Assembly (NCBI RefSeq): GCF_006345805.1
Contig: NC_043006.1
Span: 61,938,001-62,002,000, forward strand
Source: Octopus sinensis
Taxonomy: Eukaryota
Direction of reading: 5' to 3'
Length of the DNA stretch: 64,000 nt
Under the pieces are notes generated by a model. The model ran no database searches. It saw nothing but the letters and a program-made list of their open reading frames with translations, and was not told the DNA's origin. Below are positions 12,529 through 24,876 of the stretch, in pieces. Made by a program: the position numbers and the translations under genes. Numbering within the stretch: the stretch's first letter is position 1; every line of letters begins with the position of its first letter.

Positions 12529-12617
12529 ATGCAGTACGAACGTTTCATGCGACTCCATTTAATTGAACAATGCAAACATTACATCAATTTAGAATGTAGA
12601 GCAATCTTCAGCTGCAT
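12529..12617 (-). ncRNA. Type-I hammerhead ribozyme, intact core, long stem II domain
   Basis: Minus strand: AUGCAG CUGAAGA [58 nt] GAAA CGUUCG UA CUGCAU. Perfect 6-bp stem I and GUA triplet. Confidence 0.8.
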
Positions 12618-12619
12618 AA

Positions 12620-12960
12620 AATGATATTTTTATGAAGCTCAAGTATAGTCTTGTTCAGGTTTGCTTTCCGTATGTAGTTTATTCGGGCAAGGCTTTTCTT
12701 ACAAGCTTTCTTTCCATGATTCGACGCAAACTCCGCATAATACTTTACCTCCTCAATTTCGTCCTGTGCATTGTATTCGAACCGCTTCTGATTTGTTCTC
12801 AGGCTGTTCAGATCCACACCTACTGTTGAGTTCTATTAGCATGGTCTGCAGCTCAACTTTAGTTTCAGCGATGGCTCGAGAACGTAAGTGAGTTGAAGGT
12901 GTACTAGTAGATCGCAGTTGAGATTCGTGCTGCCAGTCCAATCAATGCTATCGAAGACGA
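12620..12960 (-). mobile_element. RTE-like LINE RT C-terminal fragment
   Basis: AIAETKVELQTMLIELNSRC...DEIEEVKYY...ACKKSLARINYIRKANLNK resembles the region after the RT DD motif. Confidence 0.5.
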
Positions 12961-13156
12961 TGATATGAAATAATTCTACCAAGGAACATATGAAGCAGTA
13001 GCTCAGGAATTCACTTATACCATAGTGTATAGGTAATGTACTTATGTATGTATATGTATATATGTCTAATGTGCAAGCATATCTTCATATATACGCCTGT
13101 ATATACGAGTGCTTAGGCATCGAGTATGTATATACGTATTATATATATATATATAT

Positions 13157-13234
<78 letters not shown>

Positions 13235-13542
13235 GTTCATATTAGCTCATATACGTATACACACATATATATATATATATATTATTATATATATATATAT
13301 ATTATATGTTGTGTGTGGTGTGTGTATGTATGTATAAACGAATATATGTTTATATATGTAGGTATGAATATATATGTAGTAAACGTATATTTATGTACTT
13401 ACCATATATATATATATATTATGTATGTGTATGTAAATACGTATATATATTATATATATAATATATATAATATACATGCATAAATATATATATGTATACA
13501 TATATATATATATAATACATACATATATATATATATACACAC

Positions 13543-13609
<67 letters not shown>

Positions 13610-13665
13610 TATATAATATATATATATACATATATATTACACACATGTATACATATATATATATA

Positions 13666-14571
13666 TCAATCTAAAGTTATTGAACAAACAAATGCAAGGT
13701 CATCCGCATATCATTTCATAATTCGAACATTTAATCATAGAATACACATATAAACATCCCGCAAGATGGAACATAATTCATCTGTACAAGCATACAAGCA
13801 TATAATAATAATAAGGTGCGAGAAAAAAATTTTTTCATCACAGTTTAGAGTTCATACTTTAGCGATTCAGAAAAATACATTTAAAAAAAAAAACTTACAA
13901 CATCTAGAAAGTAAAAATATAATATAAAGTAATATATAAAGAATATATAGGTATATAAAAATATAATATATATATATATATATATATACATATAGGAGCA
14001 TATAAAAAATATATAATATATATTATGTAAATAAAATAAAAGTTCATCGTTTAAAATAAAAGTTCATCATTATCTGGATGCGCCCTAGTGCTTTAAACAT
14101 AATACACTCCTGAAATGGCCATAGGGATAAATAAATATGGTTCCCTTTTTAACTATAAGGTTTCTTTTACTTTAATAATTATTTAATAAGATTTCTAAAC
14201 GATGAACTTTTATTTTATTTACATGATATATATTATATATTTTTTATATGCTCCTATATGTATATATATATATATATATTTTATATTTTTTTATACCTAT
14301 ATATTTTATATATACTTTATATTATATTTTTACTTGTAAGGTTTTCTTTTTAAATGTATTTTTCTGAATTGCTAAAGTATGAACTCTAACTGTGATGAAA
14401 AAAATCTTTTCTCGGACCTTATTATTATTATATGCTTGTATGCTTGTACAGATGAATTATGTTCCATCTTGCGGGATGTTTATATGTATATTCTATGATT
14501 AAATGTTCGAATTATGAAATGATTTGCAGATGACCTTGCATTTGTTTGTTCAATAACTTTAGTTTGATATT
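13666..14571. repeat. Long inverted repeat (fold-back): about 380-390-bp arms, about 135-bp spacer
   Basis: 13666-14055 is the reverse complement of about 14195-14571, e.g. CATCCCGCAAGATGGAAC / GTTCCATCTTGCGGGATG, at high identity. Confidence 0.9.
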
Positions 14572-15094
14572 TTTGTCCTATTAATATTTTTGTTCCTGAC
14601 AAGAAACAATCACTGTATTATTGATATTGATACATATATATATATATGTATACTTACACACGACACACATACACACACATATATATATATAAACATACAC
14701 GCACATACACACACATATCTATTTATACAATATCCTTTCTTATCATAAGATGATACTTATACACATTCTGTAAATATTCTCCTCCTGTCACAAATGTGCC
14801 TTAGGCGAAACATAATAATATATTTTATAGGACAAACGATTATGGATTACATATTTCACGCGCGCGCATATACACAAGCACACACAGACACAGAAACAAG
14901 CTCACACGCACACATATAGCGATACGAGTACCAATACACCCAGGTACAAGATTTTATAAATGTTAAGCGATTTCTTTCAATAATGAAACTATTGGTTGAC
15001 TTGTTAAACCACAGATAAATAATACTATTTCATCAATCCGGTGCCGAGGACTCATAACTCACCGTTCGATATTAGGGTGTAAATATATATATAT

Positions 15095-15141
<47 letters not shown>

Positions 15142-15289
15142 GTAAATATACGTGAATGTGTGTGTATGTGCATATGTCCGTACGTTGGTGTGTATATGTA
15201 CGTATGCCTGTGCGCCTGTGTGCACATGTTTGAGTGCTTGAGTGTGTGTGTGTGGATGTATGGGTATTTGCGAGTATGTATAAATCTAC

Positions 15290-15380
<91 letters not shown>

Positions 15381-15889
15381 CGGTGTATGTGTGTGCATGT
15401 GAGTGTCTGTCCGTTTATCATTTAATGTACACTGTTTAAATATACGAGTTTCTACTAATTTCTTATAGTGAAGACACGTGTTTCGGTAGGGTTTTATAAC
15501 GTGTCCCGTCTAAAAGCAATCTCCAGTATATGCGGACATGTTGTGTTCTTTCGAAAATCAGGGCGTTGATACACGAGAAATCATGAGAAAAAACGGTGCA
15601 AGACGTGGAAGAATTAATAAAAACACAAATATAACATAAAAAATAAAGTAGGAAAATTAGAATTACGGGTCTAACTCTAATTTTCCTACTTTTCTTTTTC
15701 CTTGGTCGCACGGGCCATAATCAAACTAGGTGTTTAACAATAAGAGTGGTATTATCCATTTTGCCAAAAGAAATTTGCCCATATGCTTGCATTTGCTGAA
15801 AATTTCGAATCGGAAATTATGTTGTGATACAAAATATTCTGCCAGTTTACACAGTGTTGTGGATTTATACCATATAAATTATCTTTCGT

Positions 15890-16085
15890 TTATCTTTTCC
15901 TTCTTTCACTCATTACACTGCGGCCATATTGGAACACCACCTTGGAGAGTTTTCCGCCGAATGAGGCGATCCCAGGACTTATTATTTGTTAAGCCTGATA
16001 CTTATTCTATCGGTGTTATAGCCGAACCACTTAAGTTACTGTACGTAAACATACCAACTCTTCCACTTTTTGCATCAACCACTTC
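15890..16085 (-). mobile_element. SINE 3' fragment, same family as 51507-51924
   Basis: Shares CTGCGGCCAT..GGAACACC..CTTATTCTATCGGT..GCCGAACC. Confidence 0.65.
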
Positions 16086-19000
16086 ATTTCCTGCTGTGAT
16101 TTTTCGTGTATCTGCATACGGATTTTCGAATAGAACAGAACATTTGCTCATAGTGTGAGGATTGCTTGGAACACTAGGCTTGTTATAAAAGGATATATTT
16201 TTACTATGTACATTAAATGATACTTGACTCTTACTGAATTGAGTACATTTTTGTACTAATGAAACAGTAAATTATATGTGTGTGTGTACTAATGAAACAG
16301 TAAATTGTATGTATGTATGATTTTCTCTTGGATAATTCTAGCCATCATGGTTTTCATCGTATTCATGGCGCAAAGAATTAGTGTGATATCGGTGAAAACA
16401 ATTATTGCTGTATGCATCGGTGATCGCTGGGGTGTAAACCGCATAATTTTAATCTTTTGATGGGTGAATATGAAGTGATGAAAATAATGAAAACTGAAAT
16501 ATGAAAGGAACTCTAATTTTGCAATATGCACAGTGATGTGGTTCTTAACTTAATAGAGAATAATATTGAAAGTGCTGATATATTTCGTACACTCAAAATT
16601 GCTGAGAATTCATGTGGGCGTATTTTACTGAATCGAATCAAAATCAATGAGTGCAATCTTTTTCATCAACAATCATATTGAAAATTAACACTTCGATTGT
16701 CATTAATTGAACTGTATTGTATGATATAATAAAACAAACTAGAAAAATTGAAAATACATTGCAATTAATTTGTGAATCGTTAGAGCGTTCTTAGATTAAT
16801 ATTACTAAACCCAGAGGAACAAATGTTACGTATGAAACAGAAAGTTAATAACTTACCGGCATTTTATTCTTCAGTGCCAAATGCAGAAATTTGTACGAGA
16901 AAACAAACAATATCATTGTTATGAAATGATGTCTGTAGGATGTGCTAAACAGAATAATATGTGATTTATATTTTTTGTTCTAGTATTTTTGCTTGTTGAC
17001 GTTGCATTATGATATGGATTGTATGTTTCAACTTCAGGTAATATTGATGCAGCTATCTTATGGAGAGATGCACTTAAGCTACGAATATACCGTTTTATTT
17101 TATAAAGAGGATGTTTACTGACTGGAGGGACATTGGCTGGCATTTTTACCAGGCAAAATGATGAAGTAAAAATCATGCAGTAGATTGATAACTTTGTTTT
17201 CTTTTGTAAGGTGGTGGAACATAATGTATAAATTATAACGACTGCATGTTAAAGAAGTCGATCATAGGGTGAACTAAATTAGAAATAATATACCACACAC
17301 ATATGTACTCGTATATGTTTGATGAAAGCGCTCTATAGTGTACTATCCATGTTTCAGAAGAGTATAACATATATATGCCTGTACATAAGTATATGTATAT
17401 ACGTGATTGTGTGAGAGGGGAATGGTTCTGTGTGTGTTTGCTTGTTTATGTGTGCGTGTTCGTATGCTGTGTGTGTGTATATTTATGTATGTGTCTCCTG
17501 AGTATGATTTTTAAGTGCATCTGGTAGTAGGGGTCTCGTTCGAGAGTTCCACGATAATGAGAGGTATAGCACAATCTCATTGCCCTTATTGCCTCAGATC
17601 TACTTCGACCCGGAATAGTAGCACCTGTCAGGATTCCAGCTATAGGTTAACAAGCATATGTGATGACAATCCACCTGAGCGTAGTGACGTAAAAAATACC
17701 CTTGGCTGTTGTCAGTGTTTGCAGCAATACCATCGAGAGTGAAGTACTCCTAGCTGTTACTAAAGCATCCTTCAAGTAGTAGGTCACTGACGTAAAATCT
17801 GCTACTTTACATGGTTATTGGTCATTTCGCTTCAGCCAGTCACAATTTGATAATCATGGAGACTCAGAAAAAGGTACTCGTTTTAGACATTATAATCTAA
17901 ACACCCATATAACTTTCAATGTTTTAGGGAAACAGATAACGATACGTGGGAAATTAAAAAGTAATTACGGGTATTTAATTCCTATCTATTGTTAAACAGA
18001 CAGACAGCCAGCACTAGCTTATATAGATATAGGTGATTACATATTTGTTTTCCAATTATTATGCTGTATTTACCATGCAGCAATCTTTGAAAGAACAAAT
18101 ATAACGTATTGTAGATGTAGGTGAATGACTAAATTCAGTGTATTCTATGCATCGCTAAGATATAATAGCTTACATAAATACCATGCTAAAGAGGCAATAT
18201 CTAAATCTCGAAAATCTGATTTGCTGACTACGAAAGTAATTAAATAAATGTTCCTAATCATTATATACAAGAGACTTACAATCAGAATTAAAGCCTTTTT
18301 AAATGAAGCAATTACGTTTGAATTTTTCTATACCGTGAATAAACCAGAATATATTTAATAATTATATTTTTCTAAAGAAAGATAAATTTATGAAAAATTG
18401 TATCTTCCACACTATTAACCTATGGAGTTTATTTGGCAAAATATTTCTATCTTTTTGTATTATAATTAAACGTTTAAAGTAGGAAATCAGAAGTATATAT
18501 CTACACACTTCAATTCGGAATAATATTTCTGCTAAATTCTAATGAGATGAGAGTTTGAGCCAGACACTGGGTCAATAGGAAATATATCTATAAAAGTTTA
18601 ATATTTGTGAGATTTTCATGTTTTATTACAATACGTTTATCTCTCTTTTTGTCCCTAAATGACGAAAACAGAGAAACTCAGAAGCACACACACATACACA
18701 TACGCACACACGCAGAGAGACGCACACGCCACGCACGCAGACAGGGACACCCACACATGTACATATATACATATGTTTGGCTGAAGAAGGTAAAGCAAAA
18801 TATGGGTGAGAGACATATCTTGCAAAACCTGAAACCTGCAGGTACCACATTATCCATTTTCCGGGTGTTTCATCTTTCAGATGTTCTCCCTGGAGGTAAG
18901 ACGTTTTTTTTCTCTATTTTGTTGCACACACACAGCATTTTTGCTAATACATACGCGGTGAAGCTACACATTAGCGTCGTATTTTTACGTTCGCTATTTC

Positions 19001-19169
19001 CAGTAAATATCGGTACTTAGTTGTGCCATTTATTTACTAATTGTTATATATATATATATATATATAATATATATATATATTGTGTTGTGTGTGTGTGTGT
19101 GTGTGTGTTGTGTGTTGTGTGTGCGTGTGTGTGTGTGTATGTGGGTGTATGTATATATATATATATATC

Positions 19170-19441
19170 ACGTGATCAGTCCATCAGATGTAGTTACACA
19201 TCGCTGGTCACAATGCGTTCGCATTGTTTTAGCCTTCGAATGACGCAGGCCAACTGAAGAAAGAGTGAAAGAAAGAATGGTGAAAGAGTACATCAGGGAT
19301 CGTCACCACCCCCTACGGAGCCTCGTGGAGCTCTTAGGTGTTTTCGCTCAATAAACACTCAAAACGCCCGGTCTGGGAATCGAAACCGCGATCCTACGGA
19401 TGCGAGTCCGCTGCCCTAACCACTGGGTCATTGCGCCTCCA
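19170..19441 (-). mobile_element. tRNA-derived SINE
   Basis: Minus-strand head TGGAGGCGCAATGACCCAGTGGTTAGGGCAGCGGACTCGC...CGCGGTTTCGATTCCC. Confidence 0.75.
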
Positions 19442-19464
19442 CACACACACACACACACACACAC

Positions 19465-19497
<33 letters not shown>

Positions 19498-20340
19498 CTT
19501 ACCTCATTTAAACGTAGATGTTCTGTTGGAATAAACTATACTAATATTGCCTCTGTCGTTGATATAATATCGTTTTACAACTACACTGGCTTATTGCGAT
19601 ACCAGCGATTGTTCTGAGGCTGTTATTATATACATCGTTGGCAGGATACGAATCACTGATATGTCTAGCAGTCGAGCGTCCATCATTGACCTGACCAATG
19701 AAGGCTAGAATATGATGAGCTGGTGGTCTTGGTACGGGAGGTGGCTGGGGTTTATCTCCCCACTAGTGATATGAAAAATATGGGAGTCTCTCATGGATAT
19801 CTACCACAGTATACTTTGTTCTAACACAACATTCAGCCTTCTGTATTAATACTGCCTCTGTCACTAATAAATACATGTTGAATAAACAAATATGGAGAAA
19901 GTGAGACAAACAAAATACAAACAAAATGGCTAGTTGTAAAAGTTCAAACACAGATCAGAATAGTAACTATACTAACAAGTAAAGGTAATCGCCACATCAA
20001 AGTGGGTCTTCCATGTCACTACTAGTTTAGCCCCCAGCAGAGCCTCCGTCAGCTATTTATCGGTGCGGTGCTACAAATTGTATATAAAAAAATATTGCTT
20101 GCAGGGGAAGTAAATACCTACCATCCTCAAGCAGGCAATAGGTTCGCAAGACCGAGTCATTTTCTAGCTGGCGGACGCATATTCAGTCGCGAGTCCTTGA
20201 TTACCAGAGTGATATATATATAAAGGAAAAATCCAGGGCAATAATTACAAGGTAGCTAAATGTCCCAGGATTTAAATCCAAGACACTGAGTCGTATTTAG
20301 TTGAAAATAAGAAACTGTGAATAAGGAGACGAACTCTCGG

Positions 20341-20545
20341 GATGTTGTTAGACCATTTATATCTTGAATTCTTCAATATATGTTTCGACGGATGCAATCC
20401 AAAGTGTCTGTTTGATGAGTTTGTTATTTATATCCTTCCTGGTGAGATTGATGCATTACGGACTATAATTAATCCTATCAGATATATTGGAGTGCATCGA
20501 AACATATGTAGAAGAATTCAAGATATAAATGGTTTAACAACATTC
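20341..20545. repeat. Inverted repeat with about 60-bp arms, overlapping a hammerhead-like motif
   Basis: 20341-20402 is the reverse complement of about 20488-20545. Confidence 0.85.
20435..20514 (+). ncRNA. Hammerhead-like motif with variant core CUGGUGA
   Basis: CUUC CUGGUGA gauu GAUGCA[loop]UGCAUC GAAA CAUAUG UA GAAG. Stem I can extend via UUAUAUC (20428-20434) pairing with GAUAUAA (20522-20528). Confidence 0.55.
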
Positions 20546-20800
20546 TACAGTTCGTCCTTATTAAATTTTCCTACATCCGTTGCATGGTCGTGTCATCGTC
20601 AACTAAACTGGCAACCCCACCAGGCTTGCTTGGTGAGGAATTTGATTATTGGATGCTCTGTGGGATGAAAGGTAAGACCCGGCAAAGGGCGGAGGAACTC
20701 ATTAGCAGTCAACGGCCATCCAACAAATATGTGTAAATATCTATATAAAATTACTTATATTCTATATGTGTGTATATATGTATATGTATAATATATATAT

Positions 20801-20846
<46 letters not shown>

Positions 20847-20946
20847 TATATTAATTAGAGACAAAACCACTATTATGCAAATCAAACAAAGAAAGACTTA
20901 AGCCAATACATAAAAAAATTTTATATAAATTAAATATAATTAAAAT

Positions 20947-21000
20947 AACCACTACGATCGTTTCGTGTCAGCACTTCTATGAGACATTCTTCAGGTGGTT
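20947..21000 (-). ncRNA. Minimal type-I hammerhead ribozyme, intact core
   Basis: Minus strand: AACCAC CUGAAGA A-UGUC-[13 nt]-GACA-C GAAA CGAUCG UA GUGGUU. Confidence 0.88.
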
Positions 21001-21058
21001 TCAAAACCTTCTTTGCAAGTTTATTATATATAATATATATATATATATATAATATATA

Positions 21059-21108
<50 letters not shown>

Positions 21109-21199
21109 TCTCATTTTATATATACTTTTTAAATGTTCATATCTATTAATTTATATATATATATAATTATATTTAAATCTTATATTTTTAAATCACATA

Positions 21200-21670
21200 G
21201 GCGCAGGACTGGCTGTGTTGTAAGTAGCTAGCTTCCCAATCACATATTTCTGGGTTCAGTCACACTGCGTGGCACCGTGGGAAGATTGCCTTCGACTATA
21301 GCCTCGGGTCGACCAAAGCCTTGTAAATAGATTTGGTAGACAGAAACTGAAAGAAACCCGTCGTACATATATACATATATATATATGTGTGTGTATGTGT
21401 GTGTGTGTATGTATGCATGTATATATATATATATATTAATATATATTAATATATATATGTATATGTTTGTGTGTGTGTCTATGTTTGTCCCCGTAACGTC
21501 GCTTGACAACTGATGCTGGTGTGTTTATGTCCCCCGTAACTTACCGGTTCGGCAAAAGATACCGATAGGATAAGTAATAGACTTACAAAGTCCTTGGGTC
21601 GATTTCTTCAACTAAAGGCGGTGCTCTAGCATGGCACCACTCAAATGACTGAAACGAATAAAAGAATAAA
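21200..21670 (+). mobile_element. tRNA-derived SINE with central (CA/TA)n tract
   Basis: Head GGCGCAGGACTGGCTGTG..GGGTTCAGTC; body matches the reverse complement of 51507-51924. Confidence 0.8.
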
Positions 21671-23646
21671 AAAAGAAAAGAATGTCTTACATATTTCTTT
21701 TATGTATGTATGTGTGCGCTACTCCTTGTCGAACACCGAAAAGTTATTTGATTACTTTATAGAGCGTTTGAATGTCAGTTCGGTATCTGGAACGGTATAG
21801 CATACCTCATAGGCAGAGAGAAGCTCTTTAACTTTGATTGGTAATCTACCTAAGAGAAGGAAATCTTCAAAATTTGGAAGTTCATTGGCCAATAATTGGG
21901 GGCAGTGCAGTGCAAGTTTACACCCACTCAAAATTATTCATCTTCACAGATAATTCGTGCAAGTAGAGTCGTTGCAGCTGAAATTGGACTTCGGCCCCTG
22001 AGTTCGTGCGACGGAGGCTATTGTGCACTTATCTCCTAATCGATTAATCCCATGATTGCATATCCCTTGAGAGCATGCAACTGAGAATTGTGTTCGCTCG
22101 CACTGATGCTTGTGGAGAGGTGGAGGTATTGAATTTCTTTATACACATGGCATGCTAAGAAATTTATACACATATGTATGCGCACACATGCACACACAGA
22201 TACCCGCACACATATTGTATGAGATAATACATATACATACTTGGAGAGAATGCTGTAAATGTATGGATATGGAGAAACTTTTCAACAAGAAATATTTAAA
22301 TGCCACAAAGACTAGCAGACAGATGCACTCGTCTCCTGTAACCGATTTACACAAAAGATCGTGTCAAGAAGGAGATGTAGGCGCAGTATGCATGAGAGAT
22401 ATACACGTACAAAGAGAGAGTATGCGTGAGAGAGAGGGGTAAGTATATACAGAGATGAGAAGAGCATGAAAGACAAAAGCATGTAGGCAGATAGAGAGAG
22501 GTTTATAGAAAGACAGTTATAAGAGACCGCGCGTACACACACACACACACACAGAGGCACACACACGTACACAAACGTGCACACGTTTAAGTAATCACGA
22601 GTTGACGAAAGAGGCTCTTAAAGACGTTCAATATTGGCGATCCGGAATTTAAGTTATTTCTCGTAGCCAATTATATATTTGATTACTAATAAGAGGAATC
22701 ATTCTTGGGATGCAAATTTCGAAAATCAAATCCGTTTTCCCTTAAGACGCACCGTTTCGGAGCCTTCCGGTGATATTCATTTATTCATTCCCCATACACT
22801 CTCATTTATGTAGAAGATGTAAATATATTAGCGGTTGCGCGTAAACATGTGACTATTTGTGTGACAAGTTTAGACTCCATATATTGATTTTCAATGTCAG
22901 GATATTTACCTGAACATTTTAAATTGCTTATAGATATTTTAATCGAAGCAAATATATTTTACATAGCTTTTCTCTCAAGATGTTGAACATTAGTTTCTCT
23001 ATGGCCACTACACCTACGACTAACTCTCAATCACACTTCATTTTATAGACTCCATGTGATACTGTTTTCATTTGAGAAATACCAGTGATTTATACAAAGT
23101 AGTTAAGTATGGGCAAATTGTGATTTCTATTGACAGGCATATGACTTCTAGAAGTAAATCGTGACAGCTGATCAAGCAACACATTGAAGGGGCTTTTCTG
23201 CTCTATACTAGTCTCAATACAAACTATTTTAATCAAGTGCTTCGAGTGAAAATTTTGCTGAATGCCACCCAAAATACTGCAGATGTTTTCCGGCTGTAAA
23301 CTTAACTATTCGCGCGATGATTTGGCATGACGTTTATATACTTTTGAATAAACCCGTTCAGTTACAAAGATAACAACCATCTTTCGTAGTATAGAATCTG
23401 TAAATTGTTTGCCTCACTGAAGCACATATTATGCAAAAAAAAAACAATAAATATTTTACCTGCTCTGTAAATGACATCTCATTTAAAGTTCATATTTTTA
23501 TAAGGCACGTGATAATATATTCTCCGAGACCTCTCTGTTTGTATCACTTTCAACATTTGTAGGTTCTGTTGTTTGATTGTAATGCATTTGATATTTGGTT
23601 TGTATAGTATTGAATTATATGGGTTATATCTAAGGCCACGAATTTG

Positions 23647-23784
23647 CATTTTCTATAAACAAATTAAAGAAAACTATATTTCCATTTTCTATAAACAAAT
23701 TCAAGAAAAATATAATTCCATTTTCTATAAACAAATTAAAGAACAATATATTTCCATTTTCTATAAACAAATTAAAGAAAATAC
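23647..23784. repeat. 36-bp minisatellite, about 3.8 copies
   Basis: CATTTTCTATAAACAAATT starts at 23647, 23683, 23719 and 23755. Confidence 0.95.
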
Positions 23785-23986
23785 ACTCTAGGATAATTGC
23801 TTATAGTGTTCTATTTACCATCGCATAGAAAAATGAAGGGGCAAGTTTCAAAAGATGTGTTAAGTGAAAACAGTCGCTGATTGCAACATATACCGGCTTT
23901 CTGCAAATTCGATGTTGTGTGGCAACGTACAGTACATTTAAGTTGCCGACATCACGATGGATAAAAATCAGCTCAGACATATCTCT

Positions 23987-24876
23987 TTGGTTCATCCCAT
24001 AAATAATGCGTTTTTTCTATATTTCTTTTAATTTTCAAAATTAATATGAAGTTACTTTTTAATCTAAAATATGCTATCTTTCATCTTCTATACCCTTCGA
24101 TCTATCTGGTAGACTTGCAAGGCATCTCTTCCAAAATTCACTAGTCCATGACGAAAATACTCCTCCAGTACTGTTCTTTTACAGAATTCATATTTTTTTC
24201 CATAAAAATAATTTTGAAAACTGCGGAATAAATAACAATCAGAAGGGGCAATGTCCGGTGAATAGGGTGGATGGGGCATTGTTTTTCATTCAAGCTGCTC
24301 AAGGCTTCGGTATATCAACCTCGCTAAATATGGCCACGCGATTAGACTCGGAACGTTTGGGCGGAACCCATTGACCCAATTTTCTGACTTTCCTGAAGGC
24401 ACGAAGCTGTCGGTGAATGGTTGAATGACCAAATCCTAGCTTTTCTGTTAGTTCCTCAACAGTCACAATGTGATTTCGATCCGTCGGGGATTGCAGGACG
24501 TCGTCGTCGAGCCTTATAGATATTCCAGGACGAGGCTCGTTTTCGAGGCTATAGTTTCTGGCTCGGAATTTCTCGATCCACTGTTGACACTGGCTTACGC
24601 TTATTGTCTGATCCCCGTACACTGCATTAATATACCGCGCAGTTTCCGAGGTATAAATCAAAATATGCCGAATATGTTTCAATTGACTTCCATTATAGTT
24701 TTGAAAATATACCTGATAAAATTGACCTGCACTCTACAAAACATGCACTAAGAATAAGAGCAAGGTAAAATTACTGCTGAATTTTATAGCAAGTTGATGT
24801 AGGTTGTTCATTCCGTCCCCCTCCGACTTTTAATTTATGTAACTGAAAAACCCGCATTATTTAGTGGATGACCCAA
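23987..24876 (-). mobile_element. Mariner element, internally deleted, both TIRs present
   Basis: N-terminal HTH reading ...LGQWVPPKRSE (WVPHEL-like) is joined almost directly to HPPYSPDIAPSDCYLFRS (YSPDL motif). TIRs TTGGTTCATCCCATAAATAATGCG and CGCATTATTTAGTGGATGACCCAA; TA follows the right TIR. Confidence 0.85.

Noticed and set aside
15468-15526. Half hammerhead on the minus strand (GAAA CACGUG UC UUCAC)
   Set aside because: No matching stem I or convincing stem II upstream.
16870-17180. Non-repetitive stretch with an 85-aa ORF, a possible host exon
   Set aside because: No recognisable motif or convincing splice-site pair.
22740-22780. Minus-strand GAAA-CGGUGC-GUC motif
   Set aside because: No CUGANGA core or stem I found.
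23647-23784. 36-bp repeats resembling a CRISPR array in length
   Set aside because: The units are contiguous with no unique spacers, there are no cas genes, and the context is eukaryotic; it is a minisatellite.
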